From an uncultured Bacteroidota bacterium (GTDB lineage: Bacteria; Bacteroidota; Bacteroidia; Flavobacteriales; TMED113), in the NCBI GenBank assembly GCA_902533035.1, contig CACAKI010000003.1, forward strand, positions 4,479 through 68,478: a stretch of DNA of 64,000 bases. The letters run 5' to 3'. A program made the translations under genes and the position numbers. Positions 32,282 to 41,320 of the stretch are shown here, one piece after another (position 1 is the stretch's first letter; each line of letters opens with the position of its first letter). Under the pieces are notes generated by a model. The model ran no database searches. It saw only the letters and a program-made list of their open reading frames with translations, and was not told where the DNA came from.

Positions 32282-34173
32282 AAAGAAATATATTAAGTTC
32301 AATTTTTTTCTTCTTTTTCTCTATTCTATCTATTTTTTGCCAGGAAGTTTATAGTAGTGATCAAATTGAGGATATTTTATCAAGTAGAGAATATACTTAC
32401 AAATCAGCTGAAGGGCTAAATTTAACAATCTCAGATGATGATGTTATCATGTTTTTTGAAAATGGAAAATTTTCTTATAAAGTGGATAGTATAGAAGCAA
32501 AAGGTAGTTGGGTTTTAAATGAAAAAACGCTAGAGTTTTCTTATCCTGAAAAAATTAGATATTTTGAAATAATCGATTTTTCAAAAAATGCATTTACAAT
32601 TTTTGAGAAGGAAACTAATTTTAAATTTCATTTTGAACATACATTCACTAATAAACTTAATATGTTTTCTTTTGTTTTAGATGGAACTTTTAAGCCAATA
32701 GTTGATAATATAGCTAAGGTTATTTTTTGGGATGTTTCTGAAATTCACCTCCCCATAAATACTACTGAACAATTAGATAATGGGCCAGTTATTCAGAAGA
32801 AAACTAAATACTATCCTTTAGGCATTAAACAAGGTATGCCATTTATAGTTATATGGTTAATTTTCGGGGCATTATTTTTTACTTGGAAAATGAATTTTAT
32901 AAATATAAGAGGATTTAAGCATGCAATTTCATTAGTTAAGGGAGATTATCATAATCCAAAAGATAAAGGAGAAGTTTCTCATTTTCAAGCTTTAACAACT
33001 GCTCTTTCTGGTACAGTTGGCCTTGGTAATATTGCTGGTGTGGCGATTGCTATAAGTTTAGGTGGACCAGGTGCTACCTTTTGGATGATAGTTGCAGGTC
33101 TTATTGGCATGTCTTCAAAATTTGTTGAATGTACACTTGGTGTGAAATATAGAAAAATAGATAAAAATGGTGTTGTTTCAGGAGGACCAATGTATTATTT
33201 GCGAGATGGTTTGGCAAAAAAAAATCTACCTAATCTTGGAAAATTTTTAGCCATTTTATTTGCTGTTTTATGTGTAGGGGGGTCTATTGGAGGAGGAAAT
33301 ATGTTTCAAGCAAATCAAGCGTTTGCTGCGTTTAAAACAGTTTTTCCTGCAATGTCTAATTTTGGACCTTTATTTGGTGTTTTTTTAGCTATAATGGTTG
33401 GGATTGTAATTATAGGCGGAATAAAAAGTATTGCAAAAGTTACTGAAAAAATAGTTCCTTTTATGGCGGCAATTTATGTCGGGGCAGCTTTGATAATTAT
33501 TGGATACCATGTATCTGATTTACCTATGGTTTTTGGAAAAATAATTAATGGTGCATTTTCACCTGAAGCTGGTCTAGGAGGTTTTATAGGGGTTTTAATT
33601 ATTGGCTTTAAAAGAGCTGCTTTTTCTAATGAAGCAGGAGTGGGTTCTGCTTCAATTGCTCATTCTGCTGCCAAAACAAAAGAGCCTGTTTCTGAAGGAA
33701 TGGTTGCTTTATTAGAACCGTTTATTGACACTATTGTTATATGTACAATGACTGCAATTGTCATCATAATTACAGGTAGTTATGCTAATGATGGAGGTTT
33801 AGGAGGGTCTGAGTTAACAGCTCAAGCATTTGGAAGTGTTATATGGTGGTTTCCTTATGTTTTGACAGTTGCTATTTTTCTATTTGCTTTTTCAACAATA
33901 ATTTCTTGGTCTTATTATGGTTTGAAATCTTGGACATTTTTATTTGGTCAAAACAAATCTACAGAATTAACATATAAAATTTTGCTTATGTTTTTTGTTG
34001 TAGTTGGTTCTACTGTTAATCTAGGATCTGTTTTAGATTTTTCTGATATGATGATTTTAGCTATGGCTTTTCCAAATATTATAGGTTTATTATTTTTATC
34101 ATCTGAAGTAAAAGAAGATTTAAAAAAATATTTAGATAAAGTAAAAAATGGAACAATTAAAAAATTTAAATAA
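32278..34173 (+). CDS. Alanine/glycine:cation symporter (AGCS) with N-terminal extracytoplasmic extension
   Basis: SHFQAL...[35 protein letters not shown]. Confidence 0.93.
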   Translation: MKRNILSSIFFFFFSILSIFCQEVYSSDQIEDILSSREYTYKSAEGLNLTISDDDVIMFFENGKFSYKVDSIEAKGSWVLNEKTLEFSYPEKIRYFEIIDFSKNAFTIFEKETNFKFHFEHTFTNKLNMFSFVLDGTFKPIVDNIAKVIFWDVSEIHLPINTTEQLDNGPVIQKKTKYYPLGIKQGMPFIVIWLIFGALFFTWKMNFINIRGFKHAISLVKGDYHNPKDKGEVSHFQALTTALSGTVGLGNIAGVAIAISLGGPGATFWMIVAGLIGMSSKFVECTLGVKYRKIDKNGVVSGGPMYYLRDGLAKKNLPNLGKFLAILFAVLCVGGSIGGGNMFQANQAFAAFKTVFPAMSNFGPLFGVFLAIMVGIVIIGGIKSIAKVTEKIVPFMAAIYVGAALIIIGYHVSDLPMVFGKIINGAFSPEAGLGGFIGVLIIGFKRAAFSNEAGVGSASIAHSAAKTKEPVSEGMVALLEPFIDTIVICTMTAIVIIITGSYANDGGLGGSELTAQAFGSVIWWFPYVLTVAIFLFAFSTIISWSYYGLKSWTFLFGQNKSTELTYKILLMFFVVVGSTVNLGSVLDFSDMMILAMAFPNIIGLLFLSSEVKEDLKKYLDKVKNGTIKKFK

Positions 34174-35313
34174 ATGGATTTTACCTATTCAGAAAATCAA
34201 AAGATAATTTCAGAGACAATAAGAGATTTTTCTAAAAGAGAGATAATTCCAAATATGTATGATTGGGATGAAAAACAACATTTTCCTATTGATCTTTTTA
34301 AAAAAATAGGAGAATTAGGAATGATGGGAGTTATTGTTCCTGAAGAATATGGTGGTGCTGGGTTAACATATGATGAGTATGTTACCATAATTTCTGAAAT
34401 TTCTCAAGTATGTGGATCTATAGGCCTTTCTGTTGCAGCGCATAATTCTCTTTGTACAGGTCATATCTTAAAATTTGGTAATGAAGAACAAAAAAAACAA
34501 TATCTTCCTAAATTAGCTTCAGGAGAATATTTGGGGGCTTGGGCTTTAACAGAGCCTGTAACAGGTTCTGATGCTATGAGAATGAATACTACTGCTAAAA
34601 AAGAAGGTGATTTTTGGATAATTAATGGAGCAAAAAATTTTATTACTCATGGTGCTAGTGGAGATGTTATAGTTGTTATTGCTCGAACAGGAGAGTTGGG
34701 TGATTCAAGGGGTATTTCAGCATTTATTGTAGATGCTTCAAATGAAGGTGTTTCTTCGGGGAAAAAAGAAAATAAATTGGGCATGAGAGCTTCTGAGACA
34801 GCAGAAGTTATATTTACTAATTGTAAGGTTTCTAAGAGTGCTATTTTGGGAAATGTTGGAGAAGGGTTTATTCAAGCAATGAAGATTTTAGATGGAGGAA
34901 GAATATCAATAGCTGCTTTATCTTTAGGTATTGCTAAAGGGGCTTATAATGCTGCTTTAAAGTATTCAAAAGAAAGATCACAATTTGGAAAGACTATATC
35001 TAATTTTCAAGCTATTTCATTTAAGTTAGCTGAAATGGCTACGGAAATTAGTGCAGCTGAGCTTTTAATTTATAAATCTGCGTATTTAATTAACAATAAT
35101 AGGAATGTTACCACAGAGAGTGCTATTGCAAAATATTTTTCTTCTGAGTTAGCAGTTAAAATTTCTTCTGATGCAGTTCAAATCTTTGGTGGATATGGAT
35201 TCGTGAAAGATTTTCCAGTTGAAAAATACTATAGAGATTCTAAACTTTGTACTATTGGAGAAGGTACTTCTGAAATACAAAAATTAGTTATTTCAAAAAA
35301 TATTCTTTCTTAG
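34174..35313 (+). CDS. Acyl-CoA dehydrogenase
   Basis: ALTEP..GSDA, NGAKNFIT, KLGMRAS, QIFGGYG, IGEGTSEIQ. Confidence 0.95.
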   Translation: MDFTYSENQKIISETIRDFSKREIIPNMYDWDEKQHFPIDLFKKIGELGMMGVIVPEEYGGAGLTYDEYVTIISEISQVCGSIGLSVAAHNSLCTGHILKFGNEEQKKQYLPKLASGEYLGAWALTEPVTGSDAMRMNTTAKKEGDFWIINGAKNFITHGASGDVIVVIARTGELGDSRGISAFIVDASNEGVSSGKKENKLGMRASETAEVIFTNCKVSKSAILGNVGEGFIQAMKILDGGRISIAALSLGIAKGAYNAALKYSKERSQFGKTISNFQAISFKLAEMATEISAAELLIYKSAYLINNNRNVTTESAIAKYFSSELAVKISSDAVQIFGGYGFVKDFPVEKYYRDSKLCTIGEGTSEIQKLVISKNILS

Positions 35314-35325
35314 TATATTTTTTTT

Positions 35326-35333
35326 TATATTTG
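35326..35333 (+). promoter_or_regulatory. Bacteroidota -7 promoter element TATATTTG for rpsU
   Basis: Exact TAnnTTTG match 25 nt upstream of the ATG. Confidence 0.7.
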
Positions 35334-35358
35334 TTTCCCAAAATTTAGAAAAACAACT

Positions 35359-35556
35359 ATGATTATAATCCCGATAAAAGAAGGAGAGTCTATAGAAAGA
35401 CCTTTGAAAAGATTTAAGAGAAAATTTGAAAAAACCCAAGGATTAAGACAACTTAGAGCAAGAAGGTATTTTATTAAAAAATCAGAAAAAAGAAGAGAGG
35501 AAGTTTTAAGAGCAGCTTATAAACAAAGAAAAAACACCTTAGAAGATCAAGCTTAG
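35359..35556 (+). CDS. rpsU: 30S ribosomal protein S21
   Basis: 65 aa basic protein, KEGESIE..LKRFKRK...F.K.S..RR. Confidence 0.95.
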   Translation: MIIIPIKEGESIERPLKRFKRKFEKTQGLRQLRARRYFIKKSEKRREEVLRAAYKQRKNTLEDQA

Positions 35557-35565
35557 TTTTTTTAA

Positions 35566-36429
35566 ATGCATTTAGACCTGTTTTTAAATTATTTAAAAAA
35601 TGAACGTAAATTTTCTGAAAAAACGGTCACATCTTATCTTACCGATGTAAAACAATTTTTTTTATTTTTTGATGGAGATTTAAATTCAGTAGATTCTTCT
35701 CATTTAAGAGAATGGATTATTTCTTTAAGAGATTCTGGTTTAGAATCTGTTTCTATAAATAGAAAAATTAGTTCTATTAGGTCATATTTTAAATTAAGTA
35801 AACGAGAGGGTTGGGTATTTAAAGATCCATCTCAAAAAATAAAGTTATTATCTACTAAAAAAAGGTTACCGTCTTTTTTTTCTGAGGCTGTAATGAGAGA
35901 CTTGTTTTCTAAAATAAAATTTTCAAATGATTTTTCTGGAGCTAGAGATAAATTTATTTTAGAAATGTTTTATCAAACTGGAGTAAGAGTTTCGGAGTTA
36001 GTTGATTTAAAAATAAATCATTTTGATATATCAAATAACACTTTACTTGTTTTTGGTAAAGGTAGAAAAGAAAGAGTTATACCAATTTTAAATAGTCTTG
36101 TTAATTGTTTTAATCATTATATGCATTTTAGAAAAGACATGAATTCAGAGTTTCTTTTTTTAACTAAAAAATCAAAACAAACTTATCCTAAAATGATATA
36201 TAGAATAGTAAATCATTATTTAGGTATTGTTAGCACTCTTACTAAAAAAAGTCCTCATATATTAAGACATACTTTTGCTACTCACTTATTAAATAGGGGC
36301 GCTGAGATAAATACGATAAAAGAATTATTAGGACATAAAAGTTTATTGTCTACGCAAGTTTACACACATAATTCTTTAGAAAAACTTAAAAGAATTTATA
36401 AAAAATCTCATCCTAGAGGCCAAGATTAA
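35566..36429 (+). CDS. xerC: Tyrosine recombinase XerC family
   Basis: TGVRVSEL, GKGRKER, HILRHTFATHLL, LLGH, TQVY catalytic motifs; housekeeping position after rpsU. Confidence 0.85.
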   Translation: MHLDLFLNYLKNERKFSEKTVTSYLTDVKQFFLFFDGDLNSVDSSHLREWIISLRDSGLESVSINRKISSIRSYFKLSKREGWVFKDPSQKIKLLSTKKRLPSFFSEAVMRDLFSKIKFSNDFSGARDKFILEMFYQTGVRVSELVDLKINHFDISNNTLLVFGKGRKERVIPILNSLVNCFNHYMHFRKDMNSEFLFLTKKSKQTYPKMIYRIVNHYLGIVSTLTKKSPHILRHTFATHLLNRGAEINTIKELLGHKSLLSTQVYTHNSLEKLKRIYKKSHPRGQD

Positions 36430-36470
36430 TTAAAGTTTATTTTTTGGATTTATTAAAAAAACAATACTTA

Positions 36471-36504
36471 TTGTTTGTAAAAGATAAATGTTTTAATAAA
36501 TTTG
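36471..36504 (+). promoter_or_regulatory. Promoter of the tRNA-tuf operon
   Basis: TTTG at 36474-36477 (-33-like) and TAAATTTG at 36497-36504 (-7). Confidence 0.7.
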
Positions 36505-36603
36505 CAATCCTTGTAAATGAGGGGGGTTGTTGTTGTGGGGTTTTTTGAAAAGATGTTTTTTCCTTTTTTACAGATGAGAGGGGAGGTTTTTGTTGAAAAA
36601 TTT

Positions 36604-36677
36604 GCCGATGTAGCTCAGCTGGCTAGAGCAGCTGATTTGTAATCAGCAGGTCGTGGGTTCGAGTCCCTCCATCGGCT
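36604..36677 (+). tRNA. tRNA-Thr(UGU)
   Basis: Acceptor stem GCCGATG/CATCGGC, anticodon arm GCTGA-TTTGTAA-TCAGC, GGTTCGAG T-loop. Confidence 0.97.
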
Positions 36678-36717
36678 CGTTCTTTGAATATTGTAATAAT
36701 AAAAGTATTCCAAAATA

Positions 36718-36799
36718 GGGGGAATACTCAAGCGGTCAACGAGGGCAGACTGTAAATCTGCTGGCTTAGCCTTCAGAGGTTCGAATCCTCTTTCCCCCA
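36718..36799 (+). tRNA. tRNA-Tyr(GUA)
   Basis: Acceptor GGGGGAA/TTCCCCC, anticodon arm GCAGA-CTGTAAA-TCTGC, long variable arm. Confidence 0.97.
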
Positions 36800-36818
36800 C
36801 AGTTTGGGATTAAATTTT

Positions 36819-36891
36819 GCGGGAGTAGCTCAGTTGGTAGAGCATCAGCCTTCCAAGCTGAGGGTCGCGGGTTCGAGTCTCGTCTTCCGCT
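36819..36891 (+). tRNA. tRNA-Gly(UCC)
   Basis: Acceptor GCGGGAG/CTTCCGC, anticodon arm TCAGC-CTTCCAA-GCTGA. Confidence 0.97.
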
Positions 36892-36893
36892 CT

Positions 36894-36914
36894 AAAGTTG
36901 GTAACAACTTTTTT
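36894..36914 (+). terminator. Candidate intrinsic terminator or processing hairpin between tRNA-Gly and tuf
   Basis: AAAGTTG-GTAA-CAACTTT perfect 7-bp stem with GNRA loop, running into a T tract; stem is AU-rich and weak. Confidence 0.4.
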
Positions 36915-36978
36915 AATACAAAAATTAATAATAAAATAAAAAGTAAATAAGTAATAATAATTTTAAAATTTAAAAGTC

Positions 36979-38166
36979 ATGGCAAAAGAAAATTTTCAAC
37001 GTAGTAAGCCGCATCTTAATATAGGTACTATTGGTCACGTAGATCATGGTAAGACTACATTAACTGCTGCTATTACAAAAGTTCTTTCAAAAAAAGGTTT
37101 TGCAGAAGTTAGAGATTTCGATGCAATTGATAATGCACCTGAAGAGAAAGAAAGAGGTATAACTATTAACACTTCTCATGTTGAATATGAAACTGAGAAT
37201 AGACACTATGCGCACGTAGATTGTCCTGGTCACGCTGACTATGTAAAAAACATGGTAACTGGTGCTGCTCAAATGGATGGTGCAATTATGGTGGTTGCTG
37301 CTACTGATGGTCCAATGCCTCAAACAAGAGAGCATATTCTATTAGCTAGACAGGTAGGCGTTCCTAGAATGGTTGTTTTTATGAATAAGGCTGATATGGT
37401 TGATGATGCAGAACTTTTAGAGCTAGTAGAAATGGAAATAAGAGAATTATTGAGTTTTTATGAGTTTGATGGAGATAACACTCCTATTGTAACTGGTTCT
37501 GCGTTGGGTGGTTTAAATGGAGAGGCTCAATGGGAGGAAAAGATTATGGAATTAATGGCAGGAGTAGATTCTTGGATTGAGATGCCAAAAAGAGAGGTAG
37601 ATCTAGATTTCTTGATGCCTATTGAAGATGTCTTTACTATTACTGGTAGAGGTACTGTAGCAACAGGTCGTATAGAATCGGGTGTAGTAAACACTGCTGA
37701 TGCTGTAGATATTATTGGAATGGGAGCTGAAAAACTTTCTTCTACTGTGACTGGAATTGAAATGTTTAGAAAGATTCTTGATAGAGGAGAAGCTGGAGAT
37801 AATGCAGGAATTCTTTTAAGAGGTATTGAAAAAACTGATATAAAAAGAGGTATGGTAATAGCTAAACCTGGATCTGTAACTCCACATAAAAAGTTTAAGG
37901 CAGAGGTTTATGTACTTAAAAAAGAAGAAGGAGGACGACATACACCGTTTCACAACAAATATCGTCCACAATTTTACATCAGAACAACAGATGTTACTGG
38001 TGAAATTACTCTTCCTGAAGGAACAGAAATGTGTATGCCAGGGGATAATTTATCAATAACTGTTGATTTGATTAATACTGTTGCTATAAGTAAAGGTGTT
38101 CGTTTTGCTATTCGTGAGGGCGGTAGAACAGTAGGTGCTGGGCAAGTAACAGAAATAATAGAGTAG
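36979..38166 (+). CDS. tuf: Elongation factor Tu
   Basis: [28 protein letters not shown]. Confidence 0.99.
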   Translation: MAKENFQRSKPHLNIGTIGHVDHGKTTLTAAITKVLSKKGFAEVRDFDAIDNAPEEKERGITINTSHVEYETENRHYAHVDCPGHADYVKNMVTGAAQMDGAIMVVAATDGPMPQTREHILLARQVGVPRMVVFMNKADMVDDAELLELVEMEIRELLSFYEFDGDNTPIVTGSALGGLNGEAQWEEKIMELMAGVDSWIEMPKREVDLDFLMPIEDVFTITGRGTVATGRIESGVVNTADAVDIIGMGAEKLSSTVTGIEMFRKILDRGEAGDNAGILLRGIEKTDIKRGMVIAKPGSVTPHKKFKAEVYVLKKEEGGRHTPFHNKYRPQFYIRTTDVTGEITLPEGTEMCMPGDNLSITVDLINTVAISKGVRFAIREGGRTVGAGQVTEIIE

Positions 38167-38194
38167 TAAGAGGAAAAAGAATTCCTATCATTTT

Positions 38195-38265
38195 ACGGGT
38201 ATGGTGTAATGGTAGCATAGCGGTCTCCAAAACCGTTGATGGGAGTTCGACTCTCTCTACCCGTG
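38195..38265 (+). tRNA. tRNA-Trp(CCA)
   Basis: Acceptor ACGGGTA/TACCCGT, anticodon loop CTCCAAA, GTTCGAC T-loop; usual position between tuf and secE. Confidence 0.95.
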
Positions 38266-38286
38266 CTTGATAGATAGAAAATTTTT

Positions 38287-38469
38287 ATGATTGGATACAT
38301 TAAATCTTGTTATGATGAGCTGAAGAATAAAGTTTCTTGGCCAACTTTAACTCAATTACAAGCTAGTTCTTTAGTTGTTGCTGTTTGTTCTGTTTTAATA
38401 GCTATAATAATATATTTTATGGATTCGGGTTCTAAAAATTTAATTAAATTATTTTTTGATTTATTCTAA
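38287..38469 (+). CDS. secE: Preprotein translocase SecE
   Basis: EL.NKVSWP motif plus one TM helix; lies between tRNA-Trp and nusG. Confidence 0.93.
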   Translation: MIGYIKSCYDELKNKVSWPTLTQLQASSLVVAVCSVLIAIIIYFMDSGSKNLIKLFFDLF

Positions 38470-38475
38470 TAATTT

Positions 38476-39042
38476 ATGGAGCAGTTAATAAATAAAAATA
38501 AGCTTGATTTTAAATGGTATGTTGTGAAATCTATATCAGGAAAAGAAAATAAGGTTAAGCTTTATATAGAAAAAGAGTTAGCACAGAAAAAAATGGAAAA
38601 ATATGTTTCAGAGATATTGATTCCAACAGAAAAAATTTTCCAGATTAAGAATGGAAAAAAAATTAGTAAGGAACGTAATTTTTTTCCTGGCTATGTGTTA
38701 ATTAATGCTCATCTTTTTGCAGAATTAATTATTACTATTAAAAATGTGTTGAATGTAATAGGTTTTTTAGGTGCTACTAGAGGAGGGGAGCCTTTACCAT
38801 TAAGAAAGAAAGAAGTTAATAGAATACTTGGTAAGGTAGATGAATTATCTAAAGAAGACGAACAAATTAATATACCATTTTATGTGGGTGAGGCTATTAA
38901 AGTAATAGATGGCCCATTTAATGGTTTTGATGCAGTTATAGAATCAGTAAATGAAGAAAAAAGGAAACTACAAGTTATGGTGAAAATTTTCGGACGAAAA
39001 ACAGCACTGGAACTGAGTTATATGCAAGTTAAAAAACAATAA
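38476..39042 (+). CDS. nusG: Transcription factor NusG
   Basis: WYVV...SGKE, FFPGYVL, KOW motif DGPFNGF, IFGRKT. Confidence 0.96.
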   Translation: MEQLINKNKLDFKWYVVKSISGKENKVKLYIEKELAQKKMEKYVSEILIPTEKIFQIKNGKKISKERNFFPGYVLINAHLFAELIITIKNVLNVIGFLGATRGGEPLPLRKKEVNRILGKVDELSKEDEQINIPFYVGEAIKVIDGPFNGFDAVIESVNEEKRKLQVMVKIFGRKTALELSYMQVKKQ

Positions 39043-39048
39043 ACAATA

Positions 39049-39495
39049 ATGGCAAAAGAAATATCAGCTTTAATAAAATTACAGATAAGAGGAGGGGCTG
39101 CAAATCCATCTCCACCTGTTGGTCCTGCATTAGGTGCTAAAGGTGTTAATATTATGGATTTTTGTAAGCAGTTTAATGGAAGGACTCAGGAAAAGCAAGG
39201 AAAGCTTTTGCCAGTTGTAATCACTGTTTTTGCAGATAAGTCTTTTAATTTTATTATTAAAACTCCTCCAGCATCTGTTCAATTATTAGAAGCTGCTAAA
39301 TTAAAAAAAGGTTCAGAAGAATCTAATCGAATTAAGGTAGCAACTGTTACTTGGGAAGATGTAAAAAAAATAGCAGAAGATAAAATGGTTGACTTAAATG
39401 CTTTTAAAATTAGTTCTGCTATGAAAATGGTAGCGGGAACAGCTAGAAGTATGGGTATTAATATAAAGGGTAATTTTCCAGAAGATTTAAAATAA
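39049..39495 (+). CDS. rplK: 50S ribosomal protein L11
   Basis: [19 protein letters not shown]. Confidence 0.98.
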   Translation: MAKEISALIKLQIRGGAANPSPPVGPALGAKGVNIMDFCKQFNGRTQEKQGKLLPVVITVFADKSFNFIIKTPPASVQLLEAAKLKKGSEESNRIKVATVTWEDVKKIAEDKMVDLNAFKISSAMKMVAGTARSMGINIKGNFPEDLK

Positions 39496-39501
39496 AATAT
39501 T

Positions 39502-40197
39502 ATGTCTATTCTAAGTAAGAGAAAAAAACAAAGTAGTGAAAAATATGACGTAAAGAAATTTTACTCATTGATTGATGCATGTTCTATTATTAAAGATATT
39601 AATAGTAGTTCTAAGTTTGACGAAAGTGTTGATTTATCTATTAGATTGGGGGTTGATCCCACTAAACCAAATCAAATGATAAGAGGTGTTGTTTCTCTTC
39701 CACATGGAACAGGAAAAGATGTGAAAGTTTTGGTTATTTGTGATGCTGATAAAAATTCTGAAGCTAAAGATGCAGGTGCAGATTTTTTTGGTTTAGATGA
39801 GTATTTAGAAAAAATAAAAAATGGTTGGGTTGATTTTGATGTTTTAATTACTTCACCTAGTTTTATGTCTAAAATAGGTCCTCTAGGAAGAGTTTTGGGT
39901 CCTAGAAGTTTGATGCCTAATCCTAAGTCAGGTACAGTTACTGATGATATAGCAAAAGCCGTGAAAGCAGTTAAAGGAGGTAAAATAGATTTTAAGGTTG
40001 ATAAATTTGGTATTATTCATGCTAGTTTTGGTAAGGCTTCTTTTGAGGCTAAAAAATTATCAGAAAACGCAAATGAATTAATTCAAACAATAGTAAAATT
40101 AAAACCAAATTCTTTGAAAGGAACTTACGTGAAAAGTGTCTCTATATCTAGCACAATGAGTTCTGCGGTTAAGATTGATTTGAACAAGATAATATAG
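39502..40197 (+). CDS. rplA: 50S ribosomal protein L1
   Basis: [23 protein letters not shown]. Confidence 0.97.
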   Translation: MSILSKRKKQSSEKYDVKKFYSLIDACSIIKDINSSSKFDESVDLSIRLGVDPTKPNQMIRGVVSLPHGTGKDVKVLVICDADKNSEAKDAGADFFGLDEYLEKIKNGWVDFDVLITSPSFMSKIGPLGRVLGPRSLMPNPKSGTVTDDIAKAVKAVKGGKIDFKVDKFGIIHASFGKASFEAKKLSENANELIQTIVKLKPNSLKGTYVKSVSISSTMSSAVKIDLNKII

Positions 40198-40201
40198 AAA
40201 A

Positions 40202-40819
40202 ATGAACAGAGAACAGAAAAAAAATATTATTAATGATTTGTCTATTAAATTAAGAGATAGTAAAAATATTTATTTTACAAAAATATCAGGTTTGGACTCT
40301 ATTCAAACAGCTTCTCTTAGAAAACTTTGTTTTGACAGGGATGTTTCTTTATTTGTTGTAAAAAATAGATTGTTGAAAAAAGCGATGGAGAGTCAAGAGG
40401 AAAAAGATTTTTCTTCTTTTTATGACTTATTGAAAGAAAACACATCCATTATGATATCAGAATCTTCTAATAATCCTGCTAAGGTTATTAAAGATTTTTT
40501 AGATAAAAATGATACTAAAACACCCATTATTAAAGGAGCTCATATTGAAAATGAAGTTTATCTAGGTCATGATCAGTTGGATGTTTTGGCAACCTTGAAA
40601 TCAAAAGAAGAATTAATATCAGAGGTTATATCTTTATTGCAATCTCCTATTAAAAATTTAATTTCTTCGTTAAATTCTTCTAGTTCTAATATTTCGGGGA
40701 TTCTTAAATCTCTTTCGCAGAAAAAAGCTGAATTAAAAGCGTCTAGTGAAGAAGCGTCTAGTGAAGAAGCGTCTAGTGAAGAAGCGTCTAGTGAAGATAA
40801 AACAAGTGACGAAAAATAA
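40202..40819 (+). CDS. rplJ: 50S ribosomal protein L10 with acidic repeat tail
   Basis: LRK.C...VVKN.L and L.SKEELI motifs; lies between rplA and rplL. Confidence 0.94.
   Translation: MNREQKKNIINDLSIKLRDSKNIYFTKISGLDSIQTASLRKLCFDRDVSLFVVKNRLLKKAMESQEEKDFSSFYDLLKENTSIMISESSNNPAKVIKDFLDKNDTKTPIIKGAHIENEVYLGHDQLDVLATLKSKEELISEVISLLQSPIKNLISSLNSSSSNISGILKSLSQKKAELKASSEEASSEEASSEEASSEDKTSDEK
40737..40796 (+). repeat. Perfect tandem repeat (AAGCGTCTAGTGAAG)x4 within rplJ
   Basis: Four identical 15-bp units read directly; encodes ASSEE x3 plus ASSED. Confidence 0.97.
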
Positions 40820-40864
40820 TTTTAATGAAAACAAATAATTTATAAATAACTAAAAACTAAAAAA

Positions 40865-41248
40865 ATGGCAGATATAAAAAAAATAGCAGATAACTTAGTT
40901 AATCTTACGGTTAAAGAAGTTAGTGAGCTAACAGAAATTTTAAAAGATGAATATGGTATTGAGCCAGCAGCTGCTGTTGCTGCTGTTGCACCCGTTGCTG
41001 GTGGTGCTGGTGATGCTGGTGCTGGTGATGCTGGTAAAACAGAATTTAATGTAGTATTAAAAGCTGCAGGAGGTTCTAAATTAGCAGTTGTTAAGTTGGT
41101 AAAAGAACTTACTGGAAAAGGTTTAAAAGATGCTAAAGATCTAGTTGATGCCGCTCCATCTCCTTTAAAAGAAGGTGTTTCTAAAGATGAGGCAGAAGCA
41201 ATGAAAAAGCAACTTGAAGAAGCTGGCGCTGAAGTAGAATTGAAATAA
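40865..41248 (+). CDS. rplL: 50S ribosomal protein L7/L12
   Basis: LTVKEV.EL, Ala/Gly hinge, [27 protein letters not shown]. Confidence 0.98.
   Translation: MADIKKIADNLVNLTVKEVSELTEILKDEYGIEPAAAVAAVAPVAGGAGDAGAGDAGKTEFNVVLKAAGGSKLAVVKLVKELTGKGLKDAKDLVDAAPSPLKEGVSKDEAEAMKKQLEEAGAEVELK
41003..41035 (+). repeat. Tandem duplication (GGTGCTGGTGATGCT)x2 in the rplL hinge
   Basis: Two identical 15-bp units plus GGT; encodes GAGDA twice. Confidence 0.85.
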
Positions 41249-41281
41249 ATTTTACTGATTTAAAAATTTTTGTGTAATTAT

Positions 41282-41306
41282 ACTAGTAATTATTTACTAG
41301 TTGTTT
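41282..41306 (+). terminator. Candidate attenuator hairpin between rplL and rpoB
   Basis: ACTAGTAA-TTAT-TTACTAGT perfect 8-bp inverted repeat followed by TGTTT. Confidence 0.4.
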
Positions 41307-41320
41307 AAAAAGTAGTTCCA

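Noticed and set aside
36615..36800. 61-aa minus-strand ORF MGERGFEPLKAKPADLQS...
   Set aside because: It is the antisense reading of tRNA-Thr and tRNA-Tyr, a classic spurious ORF
35566..36891. Tyrosine recombinase next to tRNA genes as a possible integrative element
   Set aside because: XerC-like length and motifs at a housekeeping position; no cargo genes, att duplication or composition shift
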